Notes under the pieces: generated by a model | What the model was told of the DNA's origin: nothing | Databases searched by the model: none | The model's input: only the letters and a program-made list of their open reading frames with translations | Made by a program: the position numbers and the translations under genes | Shown: one piece after another, positions 48,808-61,845 of the stretch | Position numbering within the stretch: the first letter of the stretch is position 1 | Layout of the letters: the number at the start of each line of letters is the position of its first letter | Origin: TPA_inf: Saccharomyces | Lineage: Eukaryota | Direction of reading: 5' to 3' | Length of the DNA stretch: 64,000 bases | Assembly (NCBI GenBank): GCA_000146045.2 | Contig: BK006939.2 | Span: forward strand, 160,001-224,000

Positions 48808-48850
48808 GTGCATATACGTACGTACGTACGTATATACGTATATACATTCC
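48808..48850 (+). repeat. (TACG)n/(TATACG)n short tandem repeat between the GAL83 3' end and the CHO1 promoter
   Basis: catatacgtacgtacgtacgtatatacgtatatac. Confidence 0.85.
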
Positions 48851-48978
48851 AACCCATATATACAAATACTTACATGTAGACCTTGATATTTAGTATCATG
48901 GAGAGCTATAATGGAAAAATCGCAGAAACATCTTCGCTTTTATCTAAAAAGATGTAGCTATAAGCTCTATAATCATAT

Positions 48979-50232
48979 CTATTGCAATGGTGTATACAGT
49001 ATTTGGGTCACGTATTTTTGTTTATACCTAACAATGGATGCGACACATAATGTATTATGCTTAATACTGCTTGTCGCCAGATGGTTCAATATAACATGGT
49101 TCGGAATGGGAAGGGCGCCAGACGTATTATCAGTTTGCGCGTTTGAGTAACTATTCAAAATGACGTTTTCTAAATGAGGTGGCAGTTGTGGAGGAGTCAA
49201 CCAGGCCATATTTTGGTGATTATTTTGCTGCTGATCAAGTGTCAAATAATATTGTTCCATTACATTTGGGTCGGTGAACACAGCAGGTATATCTTGAGTG
49301 TACTCTAAATTAGGTTTAGCGGGGGTCTCATCGTGAAAACGAGTGTAACCATCGCCCATGTCATCTGGTTCCTTTTCTATCTCCAATGCGATTCTCGAGC
49401 GAGCGCTCATAGGTCTCTTACTCAATTTGCTATCATCTACATGATTCGCTTTTTTTTCAGCCAGATGCTGCTGAGGTTCATTGCCCCAATCAGGCGGTGC
49501 GCTCACTTCCATATAGTTGACGAAGTTTCCCATTTGGTCGGTTGCGGTAGGTAAATAATCACTGAATCTTAACTCATTGTCAACAATAAATCTGAAACGA
49601 TGAGTACCTGGAGGCAGCTGTAATTTTACATGCATAAGTCCAGGCTGTCCAGGGACTGGTACTAACCCGATCATCTTTCTCCATCCCGTAAAAGACCCAG
49701 TAACGTACACTTTATTACCCCCCTGTTGCCAAGTGATGTCAACTGGAAACATCATAGCTCTTCCTTTCTTGCCTTCCACAGTGCCCTGTTGCTGTTCTTG
49801 TTGCTGTTGAAAGCCTTGATTTTGAAGTGAGTCAGGCTGCTGAGATGGTTGATAATCCATTTTTTGCAAGGTATTTCCTGTCATATCTGCATCGTGGATA
49901 TCGCCTTCGTTGCTGTCGATACTACTCGAGCTGCTAGCATCGATATCATCATCAGAATCAAAGGTCTCCCCAGAACCATTTTCCGCATGGTTTGAATATG
50001 GAGGTATTTCATCGTCATCATCGTCGTTAAAAATTAAACTCGATTTATGTCTTAAAGGATGCTGAGGCTCTAATTCATTAGGATTATCTACGTTCATTTG
50101 AGAAAAAGTGTACGCCAGGGAAGCCTCATTAGTTGAATCGGCGCTATGTTTACCATTAATCGTAGTGTTGCTAGCTGCGTCACTGACATCTAACATGGAA
50201 GCATCCTTGTTTTCAGGGTTGTCGCCAGCCAT
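48979..50232 (-). CDS. GAL83: beta subunit of the Snf1 (AMPK) kinase complex, 417 aa (glycogen-binding and ASC domains)
   Basis: The AMPK-beta CBM and C-terminal domains are present, and the position matches. Confidence 0.88.
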   Translation of the reverse strand: MAGDNPENKDASMLDVSDAASNTTINGKHSADSTNEASLAYTFSQMNVDNPNELEPQHPLRHKSSLIFNDDDDDEIPPYSNHAENGSGETFDSDDDIDASSSSSIDSNEGDIHDADMTGNTLQKMDYQPSQQPDSLQNQGFQQQQEQQQGTVEGKKGRAMMFPVDITWQQGGNKVYVTGSFTGWRKMIGLVPVPGQPGLMHVKLQLPPGTHRFRFIVDNELRFSDYLPTATDQMGNFVNYMEVSAPPDWGNEPQQHLAEKKANHVDDSKLSKRPMSARSRIALEIEKEPDDMGDGYTRFHDETPAKPNLEYTQDIPAVFTDPNVMEQYYLTLDQQQNNHQNMAWLTPPQLPPHLENVILNSYSNAQTDNTSGALPIPNHVILNHLATSSIKHNTLCVASIVRYKQKYVTQILYTPLQ

Positions 50233-50691
50233 ATTTCAGTGTAGATAATTTATTATTGTGCAGGAAACGACCTTATACAAAATATAGTAGCTCTTATCTA
50301 GGATGCTCTCTACTTGCGATTACAACAGTGGCCCAAATCCTACGAGATCGGTATTGTTTTCTTTGCCACGTTTTTTCGTGAGCTTTTCCAAAGGGGAGCA
50401 AATTGGTCGCTTAAGGATGAAAATTAGTGCAACAAAAAAAATAGCGTGGCCTGTGTTTTAACGGTAAAGACAAATTATTGAAGGTAGAGCAGGACTTTGA
50501 ACCGGTCCGGATGAAGACCACTGGACCATGTTTCAGTCTCACATGGGTTTTTTGAAGCACAGCTTTTAAATTTGCAATGATTTTCTCCAAAGGTTTTCTT
50601 TGCGTCTTCATTCCAGGAAAAAGTATATCAAGTTTCAAGAACCCATTGTTATTTTCCTTCTTATATTCTATACGTTTTATTTACTGCTTGT

Positions 50692-51876
50692 TTATTTACT
50701 GAAGTAAGAAGGAGCACTGTTGAAATTATCAATTTGTCGCAAAATGCTCTTTATCGGAGGCAATGATACATTGGGACTTGTGTTGGATGCTCTTGATTCT
50801 TGGCGGTGAACGTTACTGTCCTCATCATCTCCAGATATATGAAATTGTGCCCTTTCATGTTGTCTCCCTCTGCTAACAGCATTAACCTTGTACTTATGAT
50901 TGCTCCTGCAAGCTTTCTGTGTTACAGGTGGCCTATCAAAAAATATTCCCATGCCCATGTCTTTAGCCGCGGTGTCATCATACGTAACAGAAGTGAGTGA
51001 TGATGAACTGCTCGAAACGGATACTGTCCTTGAAATTTCCATGTCTCCTGTGTTTACAGAAGGCATGATTCTTCGCAGAGGACTTAAGTCTGTTGGCGGT
51101 CTTGAAAAGCTCTTTGATGGATGTGAAGTTTGAGAAAGAAGCGAAGCACTGGATTGGTTTTTAGAACTACTCAAAGAATCAGGACCACTCATGGCGGCCA
51201 AATTCCTCCTAGATTTCGAAAATATAGAGGAGTTTGAAGACAATTCACCCAGGGCTAAAGAACTTCCGGACGAATGTACATACGGTGTAGATGCAGGATC
51301 TTCAGGAAACCCGCTTTTCAGGTACTGGAATGGAGAAGTAGAGGGATATACTGATGCAATGGAGGTGATAGAAGTAGTGGAGAGGCTACTTGGAATCGGA
51401 TGAGGGTCATTTGGAATATTTATCACAGGCACTAAAATTGCAGGTGCCTGTGTCTCCACAATGCCATTATTATTTCCAGTATTTCGTATATTCACGTCAT
51501 CGCAATTCTGAGCAACGGAGATAAGAATAGGTGGCACTTTAGATTGACCTATCCCCGTGAGCGAAACACCAGTGTTTTCATTGAAGGTGGTAGGGGCGGC
51601 GGTAGCAGTATTCACAACGGTTTTTCGCGAGCCCTTGGATTTTATTCTGCGCCTTTGGACGCCTTTAGTATGTGTCCTCAAATGTCTTTTTAGTTCATCG
51701 CTTCGGCTGAAGCTTTTCGGACAGCCCTGAACGGTACATTTGTGAGGCTTCTCGCCAGTGTGCGTTCTTCCGTGCCTTTTTTTATGTTCAAGTCTGTGGA
51801 AACCTCGTGAACAAATTTCACATCTAAAGGGTCTTTGGTCATTATCCGGAGGAAATCTATCTCGCAGGTAATTCAT
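50692..51876 (-). CDS. MIG3: C2H2 zinc-finger transcriptional repressor of the Mig1 family, 394 aa
   Basis: Two N-terminal C2H2 fingers are present ([19 protein letters not shown]...[25 protein letters not shown]). Confidence 0.88.
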
Positions 51877-52586
51877 ATATGGAATTTAAGAAAAGGATCG
51901 CCGATGTGCACCTACTAAGAGCAAAAGGAAATACTATGAAGCACACCGACTCATGGCAAGAAAGGGTCTCTGTTTTTAAACTTTATCTACTAGGATTAAG
52001 GAAAAAAAGAAGAAAAATAATGAAGCAACAAAAAAAAACTGGAACTGCTTTGCCTTCCAAGTATTACTGATTGAAGAACAGTATGAGGGAGCTAAATCAT
52101 TTATACACGGAAAAATTAGTGAAGGATTTTTTGGTGGGGTCTCCAAGGAAGTAATTTCTACGGTGTGGTCTATGTATGTTTTTCCGGACGCGTTCCGCCG
52201 TTTTGGTTTCTGCCCCAGAACACCCCCCATAAAAGAGGTTTTTCCGAAGAGTGCCTTTCAGTTTTTCCGAGATCTTTATCTTTTTCATCCGTATTATGTA
52301 AACCTGAATAGCCCCTTGAGCAATTGAGTTGCATAATAGCATGCAATTGCATATTGAACCTCCTAGGACTTAAAGGTTATTCGTCAACTAAGGAAAAATA
52401 TGCTCATAACTTACATATCTCGTACACCCTAAAATCCCACACAGGGATTAAAATTAAAATTATGTTTAGGTAATGAAAAAATAGTAAAAAAATGCTTCCT
52501 TAAGTTAATTATGAATTTCCCTATTAACACACATGCGTACACAAAAAAAGTATACGGAAACTATATTAGACTACACTACATCAACC

Positions 52587-53177
52587 TTATTTTCTTTTAA
52601 AACCTGGTGGGGGCTGAAACTTCCTTGTTTGAGGGGGCGCTTCATTATTAAACCTCGACCTATTTGCGCCGATATTATCGTTGCCACCATTGTATCTGCT
52701 CGACGATGGTTGGGCAATCTCCCTAGAATTGCTACTAGTATGCTTCGCATTGGCCGTGTTAGGTTTAGCGATCTTTCCCGGCTTTTTCTCTTTCTCTTTT
52801 CTTAGTTTCGTCTGCTTTTGCGCTTGTTTCTTTTCCTTTTTATCTCTCACTAGTCTTTCCTTCTTGGATAGTAGCGGCTTATCCTCCACCACTGTGGATA
52901 AGATCTGTTCTCCTCTTAGTATAGTCAGTCCCAACACTCTTTTTTCTACCTTGATGTTCAAAGTGGTTCCATCTTTTGAATCTTTTCTCGGTCTTAATTT
53001 ATCTAGTTGAGTTTTGGGTACCCTCTCTTCTATACACTCATTCAACACTAAATTCATATGTTTATCAAATGCCATCAATTGCCCGATGTAAACGCGGCCA
53101 TCTTGAGTGAGAACCCTCAGCTTATAATCAATAAGGTTGGCTAGTCGGCTGCTATGTGCCACCTGTATTTTGCTCAT
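52587..53177 (-). CDS. SMB1: Sm B/B' core snRNP protein, 196 aa
   Basis: An Sm fold N-terminus is followed by a K/R-rich tail with a PPPGF(K/R) C-terminus. Confidence 0.88.
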   Translation of the reverse strand: MSKIQVAHSSRLANLIDYKLRVLTQDGRVYIGQLMAFDKHMNLVLNECIEERVPKTQLDKLRPRKDSKDGTTLNIKVEKRVLGLTILRGEQILSTVVEDKPLLSKKERLVRDKKEKKQAQKQTKLRKEKEKKPGKIAKPNTANAKHTSSNSREIAQPSSSRYNGGNDNIGANRSRFNNEAPPQTRKFQPPPGFKRK

Positions 53178-53436
53178 TAGTTATTTACTTTACTGGAAAC
53201 CTGTTATACGGATGGTTCTGTTACCCCTTCTACTTTTTTCCCTGTCTTGTTCATTTCTAACTAGCATAGGCTTCTTTAAATTTCATTTTTTATTTTCATA
53301 ATTTTTATTTTGAATTTTTTCCCACATTATCGTGAGAAAAACAAGAACATGGAGAAATAAGGAAGCTCGGTGGGTGGTTAATTGGGGAACACACCTGGTA
53401 AGTAAAATTCAATACATGGAAGGAAAGAGAGAAATA

Positions 53437-53898
53437 ATGTCTGACGAAGCAAAGGAAAAGCGTGAATTAGAAAGCCAAAAGGAATCAAGTCATAATAAAT
53501 CCGAAAAGTCTGTGGAACCTAAGCCAAAGAGAAGAAGAAGAAGAAACTATGACGATTATGACGCTGAAGTAGCAAAAGAGGAGACTAAGGCTAAAAATGG
53601 TTTGACGAAGAGCGAAAATAATGGTACTGTTGAAGATTCTGAATCTGATATGGACGATGCCAAGTTAGACGCATTGATGGGAAATGAGGGAGAAGAAGAA
53701 GAGGACGATTTGGCAGAAATTGATACCTCTAATATCATCACATCCGGAAGAAGAACACGCGGCAAAGTAATTGACTATAAAAAGACTGCAGAAGAATTAG
53801 ACAAGAAGGAACCTAGCACAGGCTCTAAAGATGATGTAGGATATGGTGAAAAAGAAGAAGACGATGAAGACGAAGAAGACGATGATTTTAAAGAGTAG
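53437..53898 (+). CDS. CHZ1: H2A.Z-H2B histone chaperone, 153 aa, highly acidic
   Basis: The protein starts MSDEAKEKRELESQ and carries acidic D/E runs. The ORF-track start at 53332 adds 35 aa. Confidence 0.85.
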   Translation: MSDEAKEKRELESQKESSHNKSEKSVEPKPKRRRRRNYDDYDAEVAKEETKAKNGLTKSENNGTVEDSESDMDDAKLDALMGNEGEEEEDDLAEIDTSNIITSGRRTRGKVIDYKKTAEELDKKEPSTGSKDDVGYGEKEEDDEDEEDDDFKE

Positions 53899-54075
53899 TA
53901 AGCAAAATGTCGTACATACCGGCCTCTACTTGTGTATTCTGTTTACTTCAATTTCCTATATGCGTTCTATATGTATATAAACTATATGTCAGCAGAAAAT
54001 TGTAAAAATATAGCACAGAATTAAAGGGGAGAAGAGTCATTCACATGCAAGTGCGCAACTGCTGCAAAATATCTC

Positions 54076-54747
54076 TTAACAACAGTTATTTCCATTTGCC
54101 TTTTTGTTTTCGTTTGGTGTTGGTGTCAGACTAATCGTTGGTCCATTAGGAGCGGACGCACCATTGGCATTCCCGTTGGCACTGGAGTCACCAAGGTCCA
54201 TTTGATGCTTGCTGACCTTTTGATAGATGGTATTGATTAACTCTTCAAAAGCCTTATCCACGTTTTCACTGTTCAAAGCACTTGTTTCTGTGAATAATAA
54301 CTGATTTTCCTGTGCAAAAGTCTTGGACTCCTCCGTAGGTACAGCACGTAAATGGGCCAAATCAGACTTGTTACCGATAAGCCCCACTGCGACGTTGTCA
54401 TCTGCATTTTCTCTTAATTCTGATAACCAATGATTACAATTTTCATATGAGCTTGATTTACTGATATCGTAAACGATCAAGGCACCTACAGCTCCTCTAT
54501 AATAAGCAGAAGTAATGGCTCTGTAACGTTCCTGGCCCGCAGTATCCCAAATCTGCGCCTTGATCCTCTTGCCATCAATTTCCAAAGTTCTGGTGGCAAA
54601 CTCAACCCCAATTGTAGACTTTGAATCCATATTGAATTCGTTCTTCGTAAATCTTGACAATAGATTGGATTTCCCTACCCCGGAATCACCGATCAGTACA
54701 ATTTTAAATAGTAGGTCGTAATCATACCCGTAGTCCTCGCTGCTCAT
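54076..54747 (-). CDS. YPT31: Rab11-family GTPase, 223 aa, C-terminal CC prenylation motif
   Basis: [16 protein letters not shown] and GNKSD motifs are present, and the protein ends NGNNCC. Confidence 0.92.
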
Positions 54748-54915
54748 TGTTGAAATCCCCAGACGCCGTCAGAATCCCTTTGCTGGCCTAAACAAAGTGC
54801 CTTGTAATAAAGGTCAAATTGTTATTCGTTTCTTTCTTGAAAAGTTTTGAGTTTCCCTCTTTCTCTAATTTAGCACCCGCACACCGCAGCGGCCTGTGAT
54901 ATTCCGCATTGGAAA

Positions 54916-57693
54916 ATGGTAAACAAACAACAAACGAGCCCAAACATAACAACAGTAGAATTGACGCCTAGGAACAACAATACAACATACTTACAGCAAG
55001 ACTACTACCTAATTAGTGCAATTAGATTGCGCTGGGATAGATCTGAAGCTTTTTTTCCGATTATGAGCCTCCCTGTTACACCTGTCAAGAGCAAAGTGTG
55101 CAGTACATTATCGATACAACATGAGATGGACCATGATCAATGCCGTGATGTGTTGTGCCCACGCGAAAACTTACTAGCCATTAATAGAACTAATAATATA
55201 GAGAGTGTTGCTATACCGCGACAGAGATCGAGCAAGAACAAGAAACCCCATGAGCATACACAATCGCAGGTTCGATTTTCCATTCCAGATCCAAATGAAA
55301 TATCACAGGACTCCCCACTGAAAATTGTATTCCCCAAGAGTGGAAATGAAACCGAAAGAAGAATGTCTACTTCATCATTACTTATGAATAGCCATGGTCA
55401 TTTAGTCGACATGCACTCTAAAATACTGGTCGATGTCCCTAAAGAAGTTTGGAAGTTTCATCATAACAGGAGAAAAAAATGTGAAAGCAGGCACCGTAAA
55501 ACTCGTTCTGATGTTAGGTCCAACACAAGTAGTAGTGGAAAAGAACCAAACCATTCTAGATCAAAATCATTACAGTCGATCATTGTGGATACAATGAACA
55601 CATATCGTGCAACCGAGGTTGAGACCAGTATTAATGAGAATACTAGTAATATTAGCCAAGTATCTCCGCTGAATTTATCATTTGACAGGCCTCCTCCCTT
55701 AACTCCCGAAAAGAATTTATATCTCACTCCTGAATCGCCATTGAACAGATATCATTTACCAGTTCCATTAGAAATATCTCTGCCGCCCTACTTATCTCCG
55801 CAAAACAAGGATAAAAAGAGGAGTAGCTTGGTTTACGATGGGGATGGCTATAGCCAGTTTCAAGAAGGTAACACCTCATCGTCAACTGAATCTTCTCTAG
55901 AACAGCCCTCATCGTCGTATTCAGATGAAGATGATTCTATTCCATATGCCCACCATGATGTGTCTTTCGAGTTAAATAATGCAGATGCTGATAAGCTTCT
56001 TGGAATTGATGAGAACGCCAACGTCAATCTGAAGATACAAAGGAGAAATCTCAAAAACCCACAACATATTAAGAGTAAAACAGATAGGGAATGTGAGGAA
56101 AAAAACACTGAAAAAAATGTTTCGTTAAAAATTCTGTCAACACCAAATAAACTGATAGACATCCCCGACTTAGAGCACATGAAATCCCCACCAAGCACAG
56201 GTTTAAATGGGACATTAAAATTTTTCCAGCAGTTTGAACCTAGCGAGGAGCCAACTTCTCCAACTCGCCAAGTTAACCCTGAATCACTGGACAAACTCGA
56301 TATGTCATTCAAATTTCCCTCCAGTACTACTAACAATAATGTGGATAAGGTACATGAAAATAGAAACTCTGGAGACACGAACAATGAAGATTTCCTGAAA
56401 GTTGATACTTCGCCTGTGAATCAATCATTTGAATCCAGAAGACAGATGTTAATAGACTTGCAAAAATCTCCGACGAATAATAATCCGAGGATACATAAAC
56501 ATAGGAGAAGCAGGAGCGTTCATAATATTGATGACATTTCCTTAAATTTCGAGGCAACCTCCACACCACCAGCTCCGACCTCTGCTCCCTCAATTCCTGT
56601 TGAACATTCTAACCCATGTACTTCCATTGAAATACCTAAGAGATCACCCTTACGGTTCACGTCATCTCCAAAAACATCTGATATTCCTCCTGAAGCTCAA
56701 TCACCTAAAAATGGGTCCTTCCTCCAAGAAATCTCGGTACCTTCGATTCAAATTATACCAGATGAAAGTATCTCTCATACAAGAGAACCATCACCATCAC
56801 TTATTGAATGCCCAGAGGATGAAAACGAAGCTTTTTCTACTGAAGTTGCTGACCATTCTATTGCAATAATTAGTGAAACAAAAAGTGTTCCATCGATAGA
56901 GCCATTCAAACCGCTATCTTCATTCAATTCATTTGGTCAAGAAATTCAAAACAAGGAACCAACTCCTTTGAACCAAACTCCTACAGACTTAATTGGTAAA
57001 CAAAGAAACTGTGTGAATCCGCATTCAATTCCATTTAGTGTTTTATCTTCCAATAGCCAATCGTCACAATCGGGTAGTAGTAAATCTTCCTACAATTCTG
57101 AGTTTTCTTCCAATACTGCCATTACGGATACAACATCTCAACCTTCTGTGACCATTAACAGGTCAACTTTAGAACATAACTTTATAGAAGAAAAACGATC
57201 AATTAAAAATTTAGGTCATGGTCCTCCATCCCAGAAGAACAACTATTCGTTCCCCAGGAATAAGAATACTCCTTCAAATAGACACGATTTGGATTTTAAT
57301 ACCATTTACGAAAAAAGAGATGGTAAAATGGTTGAGGTTATTCTTTTAGATGAGGATGAAGATGTAGGCCTCAAAAATAACGATATATCACGAACAAGAG
57401 TCTGCCATGCTCAAAAAGCTAAAAATGAGCAACAGAAGAAACGTCTAAGCCATTGCAACGAAATTTTGGGCATGTGTGATAAAACTGCAGATGATGCAAA
57501 AAGAATTATTTATCAACTGGTAAATGAGAAGCATAAATTCTCAGAAAAAGGACAACAAACAAAGCCAAAAAAATCAAGAGTACTTCCGCCGTTGCCTTTT
57601 CCACTGTATGATGAAAAAGGGAATTCTTTGATCCCGAACAAGTATCAGTCCAGTATTCATAACGACATTCCATCTCATCGCAAACTAAAATAA
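54916..57693 (+). CDS. FIR1: Ser/Asn/Pro-rich low-complexity protein, 925 aa; position corresponds to YER032W (mRNA 3'-end processing / Ref2-interacting factor)
   Basis: Long ORF with coding-like periodicity; identity rests mainly on gene order. Confidence 0.75.
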
Positions 57694-58056
57694 AAAAAAA
57701 AAAAACAACCCTACAAATTGTTCTGGTAAACAGATTTGACCAGCTCATCGCATGAAGATTTATCGGAATGGCAATTTGCTTATTGCCTATTTTATTTTTT
57801 CATCGGACATTACAAAATTTCATATCTCTTACATGTAAGAAAAACTTCTAGTTTTTGTACTTTCTTAAAAAAACTATATTCAGACATGCCAATTCTGTAA
57901 AACAAATTAATAATATGTACTTTTATATCTACCAAAGATCATCCTTGGCACATGCAATTGATTACAAATACGAACATTACGCAAAGGTTTTAAAGCTAGT
58001 CACCTACTAGGGAAGAAATGTGGAGGCTACGGGCATAAAAAACATGCAGTATTTTC

Positions 58057-61000
58057 TCACGCTCTCTTTGGCGAGCTTTGAACAGAAGATGGTGTCTCCT
58101 GAATAGGGCTTAATGAGTAGTCATTTGAGAACTCCGGTGTGGGTTTAGTAAATGAATTAGTTGGTGTGATAGTTGTCGGTAAATTTGGTGAGATTACGTA
58201 GTTATCATTGCATTTTCCATCTAAACCATTCGATATTTGATGTTGTGGCGAAAGAACACTTGAAGGTTCTACGTTTTGACCAACATTATGATTTTGATAT
58301 TTACTATCTCTCATTTGGGATGAAGTTTTTCGGGAGAGTGAATTGCAGTCATAAGTATTCCAATTATTACTGTTAAAGAAGGTGACAGTCTTGTTTGTAA
58401 GTTCAATCTTATTTTTCATCGGAGCTAATTCTTTAGCCCCTTGGTTGATCGTTAATTTCCCATTAAAACTATGCGTACTTCTGAAAGACGATGACACAGA
58501 TGAAAAAGGAGAGACTTCTCTATTCTTGGAGCCGCCCCGTAAAGGAGATTTCAGTGTACGACGATTAAGATCATCTCTTTCAGAATCAGAGAAGTTAAAA
58601 TCCTCTGGAATGCCATTAATTTCATCGATGTCGTAGTGGTCGAAATCAAAAAACTTACTTTTCTGATTGTATTCGTCTTCCTCAGCTTCATCAATGAAAA
58701 AGAGATTACTCATTGGTCTGGGGACTTCTGAATCTAAATCGCAATTTAAGTCATGATATTTTAGTGATTGAGACCTAGCTGGCGGCGGAAGAGGGGGGCT
58801 ATTGAGTACAGCCGTATACTGTGGGCTCGCATAGTGCGGCTGCTGTGAATGAGAGGAATCAATAAGTTGAAACGGAGTTCTTAGTATGCTACTAGTGTCA
58901 TCATCATCATCTTCACCATCATCATCGGTGATTGCAAGGGCTTGTGATTGCGCATCAGAAACGCTTGGAGTTATTACAATCTTAGCCGGTGTTTGAAGAA
59001 TCTGCGAATGAGGATGATTGGGAGGATGGGATTCTGATTTGGTTTCATACAAAGAACTTTGCAGGGAGACCTGCCTTTCTGAATCATTGGATACTAAGCC
59101 GTTAGAATTGTTCCCTCCTGTCCCAGAATCACTTTCAGCGTCACTTGCACTATCATCAACATTAAATATATCTGAAAACGACTTTACTGTAGGCTTGGTA
59201 GAGCCAGTAGTACCTGTAAGGGAAGCCTTTATTGCAGAAGTGTGCTCCGTTTCATCATCCGAATTATTCCTTTTGAGAGAGAAACTATAGTTCGGCTTTC
59301 CATCACGTATGATATTTTTGTTAGATTGACTATAGATCCCCCGTGTTGATTTTGCATTTGCTGGTCCACTTTCTATACTAGGAGCTTCATCGGAAAACAT
59401 ATAAGACTCAGCTTCTGACATCTCTTTGTCGTCGTTATCGTCCTCATCAGACAAATCGAAAAGGTCATTGTATTTTTGAATAGGCTTCTTGACATTATCG
59501 TTTATTAGAAACTGCTCTTTGTTGTCAACCGTTTCTCCAAGAGATGCATCATCATGGTGTCCGCCATGGTTACCATTAAAAGTTTCTTTCCCGTTTTCTA
59601 ATCGTTTTTGATAAAGATTATCACTCTCATTTTCATCTCCATTGTTACTGTTATCTTTACCATCCTCCTCCTCATCATCATCGCTCAAGTTAAAAAGATC
59701 ATTGAACTTTTTGACTTTATTGCTTTTCAAGGATGTTTCTTCGAATCGAGTCGATAAACCGCATATTTCGTTTCCCTCATTACCACTCTCATCATCTTCT
59801 ATACAATTCATATCGTCATCAAAGTTCTCATCCTCATATAGATCGTCTATGTATACATTTGCCGCCGGTTCCGGTTTGGAGTAATACTTTACAGATGATG
59901 TCCTTACGTTTATGCCGGCATATTCAAACGAAAATTCCGACTCATCATCATCATCATCGTCATCATCATCGTCATCATAATCATCATCATGATCATTATC
60001 GCCATCACCGTTTTCAGAAGATTCGTCATTACAATCGTTGGCTTTATGGGTTTCTTTTTCATTGACAGAGTATTCATCGGAATTGTTGTTGAGGGAATAC
60101 ACCTTTTCTTCTTCTTTTCTATTAAGACTAATCCTTACTTTTTTCTTGTTCAAGGTCTCGTTTTGACTATCGTTTTTGTTCACTTTTGAAGGTGATGATT
60201 GTAAGTCGCCGTGTCGTATCTTTGGTGAGAGGGAAAGTGTTTGACTATAAAAACAAGGTGACTTGTTTATTGGTGATGTGGTTTCGGAAGAGGTTAAAGT
60301 GGAAGTAGTGGTCACTCTTTCGATGTCTAATATTTTCTCATCGGTTTGTTCATTAGAAGATTGGTCATTATTAATGGTGGTGGTTGAATTTCCGGAAAAC
60401 GCAGCGGCTAGTAGACTCATATCCATTTGAGAAGCCTTTCCCAAATTTATTATATCATCATGAGAATGAATTCTTGCTTGTCTGTTTCTATTTTTGGCAA
60501 GCGCTAATGCTTTATAAACATGATGTTCCTTCTTAGATGACCCGTCCTCAGCATCGTCGATATTTTCCTGCTGTTTACCCTTGTTCTTGTTCAATATTCT
60601 TATGGCAGGTTCCAGGTTAGATGGTGATGTAGTTGAAGTTAGATTTTCATTGCCAATGATAGGGGTTTTGAATTGTTTAGAAGAAGTCGCTTCAGATGTG
60701 TTTGATGCTGGGGAAGCAGGATCGTTTAATATTATTACGTGCGATTCGACCTTGGAATCTCCCCACGAATGAGTAATTGTGCCCTTAATAGCAGGCAGAG
60801 AGTCTGTGGTTCTATTAAAATCTTTTGCAGGAGAAGTTTTTTTATATGCAGTATATTCACTTTCATTGTCATGACGTGAAAAGGAAGAGGTAGAAGAGGA
60901 AGGAAAGAGCGGCGGTGGTAATGGCGGCGGAGGTCCAGTATTTTTTGTGGGTGGATTTTGGAGAACAAATGAATTTGAAGTAGTCTGATTTGTGCTTGTG

Positions 61001-61287
61001 GTTGGAGTTGAAGCTAAATGCGAGTTTAAGTTTGAGTTTGAAGTTTTCTTGAACAACTTTGAAGTCTTGTTAGCCAAACGATGGAAAGACTCAAATCCAG
61101 GTGAGTGTTTCGCGGGTGGTGGAATGCTATCGTAATTCATTTGTGATGGTGTAGATGGTAGAAAGTCTAAGGAGTCATCACTTGACCTTTGAGAACTATT
61201 ATTAGTATTGCCACTGAAGTTGCTATGTCGCTTGGGGCTTTCATCAAACGACGTGGACTTCTTATGGGCTTTTATGAAAGACCGCAT
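58057..61287 (-). CDS. ZRG8: large S/N/D-rich disordered protein, 1076 aa, zinc-regulated gene; contains a poly-Asp run
   Basis: Length and position match YER033C; the recognition rests on composition. Confidence 0.78.
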   Translation of the reverse strand: MRSFIKAHKKSTSFDESPKRHSNFSGNTNNSSQRSSDDSLDFLPSTPSQMNYDSIPPPAKHSPGFESFHRLANKTSKLFKKTSNSNLNSHLASTPTTSTNQTTSNSFVLQNPPTKNTGPPPPLPPPLFPSSSTSSFSRHDNESEYTAYKKTSPAKDFNRTTDSLPAIKGTITHSWGDSKVESHVIILNDPASPASNTSEATSSKQFKTPIIGNENLTSTTSPSNLEPAIRILNKNKGKQQENIDDAEDGSSKKEHHVYKALALAKNRNRQARIHSHDDIINLGKASQMDMSLLAAAFSGNSTTTINNDQSSNEQTDEKILDIERVTTTSTLTSSETTSPINKSPCFYSQTLSLSPKIRHGDLQSSPSKVNKNDSQNETLNKKKVRISLNRKEEEKVYSLNNNSDEYSVNEKETHKANDCNDESSENGDGDNDHDDDYDDDDDDDDDDDESEFSFEYAGINVRTSSVKYYSKPEPAANVYIDDLYEDENFDDDMNCIEDDESGNEGNEICGLSTRFEETSLKSNKVKKFNDLFNLSDDDEEEDGKDNSNNGDENESDNLYQKRLENGKETFNGNHGGHHDDASLGETVDNKEQFLINDNVKKPIQKYNDLFDLSDEDDNDDKEMSEAESYMFSDEAPSIESGPANAKSTRGIYSQSNKNIIRDGKPNYSFSLKRNNSDDETEHTSAIKASLTGTTGSTKPTVKSFSDIFNVDDSASDAESDSGTGGNNSNGLVSNDSERQVSLQSSLYETKSESHPPNHPHSQILQTPAKIVITPSVSDAQSQALAITDDDGEDDDDDTSSILRTPFQLIDSSHSQQPHYASPQYTAVLNSPPLPPPARSQSLKYHDLNCDLDSEVPRPMSNLFFIDEAEEDEYNQKSKFFDFDHYDIDEINGIPEDFNFSDSERDDLNRRTLKSPLRGGSKNREVSPFSSVSSSFRSTHSFNGKLTINQGAKELAPMKNKIELTNKTVTFFNSNNWNTYDCNSLSRKTSSQMRDSKYQNHNVGQNVEPSSVLSPQHQISNGLDGKCNDNYVISPNLPTTITPTNSFTKPTPEFSNDYSLSPIQETPSSVQSSPKRA
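59941..59995 (+). repeat. (ATC/GTC)n trinucleotide tract encoding [15 protein letters not shown] on the minus strand (in ZRG8)
   Basis: tcatcatcatcatcgtcatcatcatcgtcatcataatcatcatcatgatcat seen directly. Confidence 0.9.
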
Positions 61288-61845
61288 GATGAAATATTCC
61301 AGTTATGCGTGTGCGTCTTGTGATGCAGATCCTTTTGGGCAAAAACAGTTGGTTTGTGCGAAAACGCAAGGTAATAAATAGGCTTAAAGGAACTAAAAAA
61401 AAAAAAAGGAAAATAACCAGCTAAGATTTAAGGTACAAGAAAGCGGTTGCACCTCAAGTAATGATAGTTATTAAACCTTGGATTGGACCAGATGTTTAAA
61501 ATTGTTTTCAATAGTAGATTTGCAGTCGTAAATGCGTTCTCAGCAATATCATATTGTGTTTATGAAGTATTACCAAACGGGTAGAAGAACGGTTTAAGAG
61601 AATATGTCCGGATAAAGCGATCAGGAGAAAAGCTTAAAACCCAAAGTGGTCAATCTGCAGCCCATTTAGGCACTCTGCATTTAACCGATACCCGGATTGA
61701 AGAAAGCTGGCGGGTGTATGGGTGAAGGAGAAGAAAGGAAGTGATTAGGAGAAACCTCATGGAGATGAGCACATGCTACAACTAATAACGTTATTCTACT
61801 TAAAACGAGCAAAACAAAAAAAAAAACAAGACAATTGAAAACGCA

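Noticed and set aside
52000-52600. Exact ARS consensus in the MIG3-SMB1 spacer
   Set aside because: Only imperfect (9-10/11) matches were found, so it is listed only as a low-interest note.
59733-60065. His-rich 110-aa plus-strand ORF
   Set aside because: It is the antisense reading of the ZRG8 (GAT)n poly-Asp tract.
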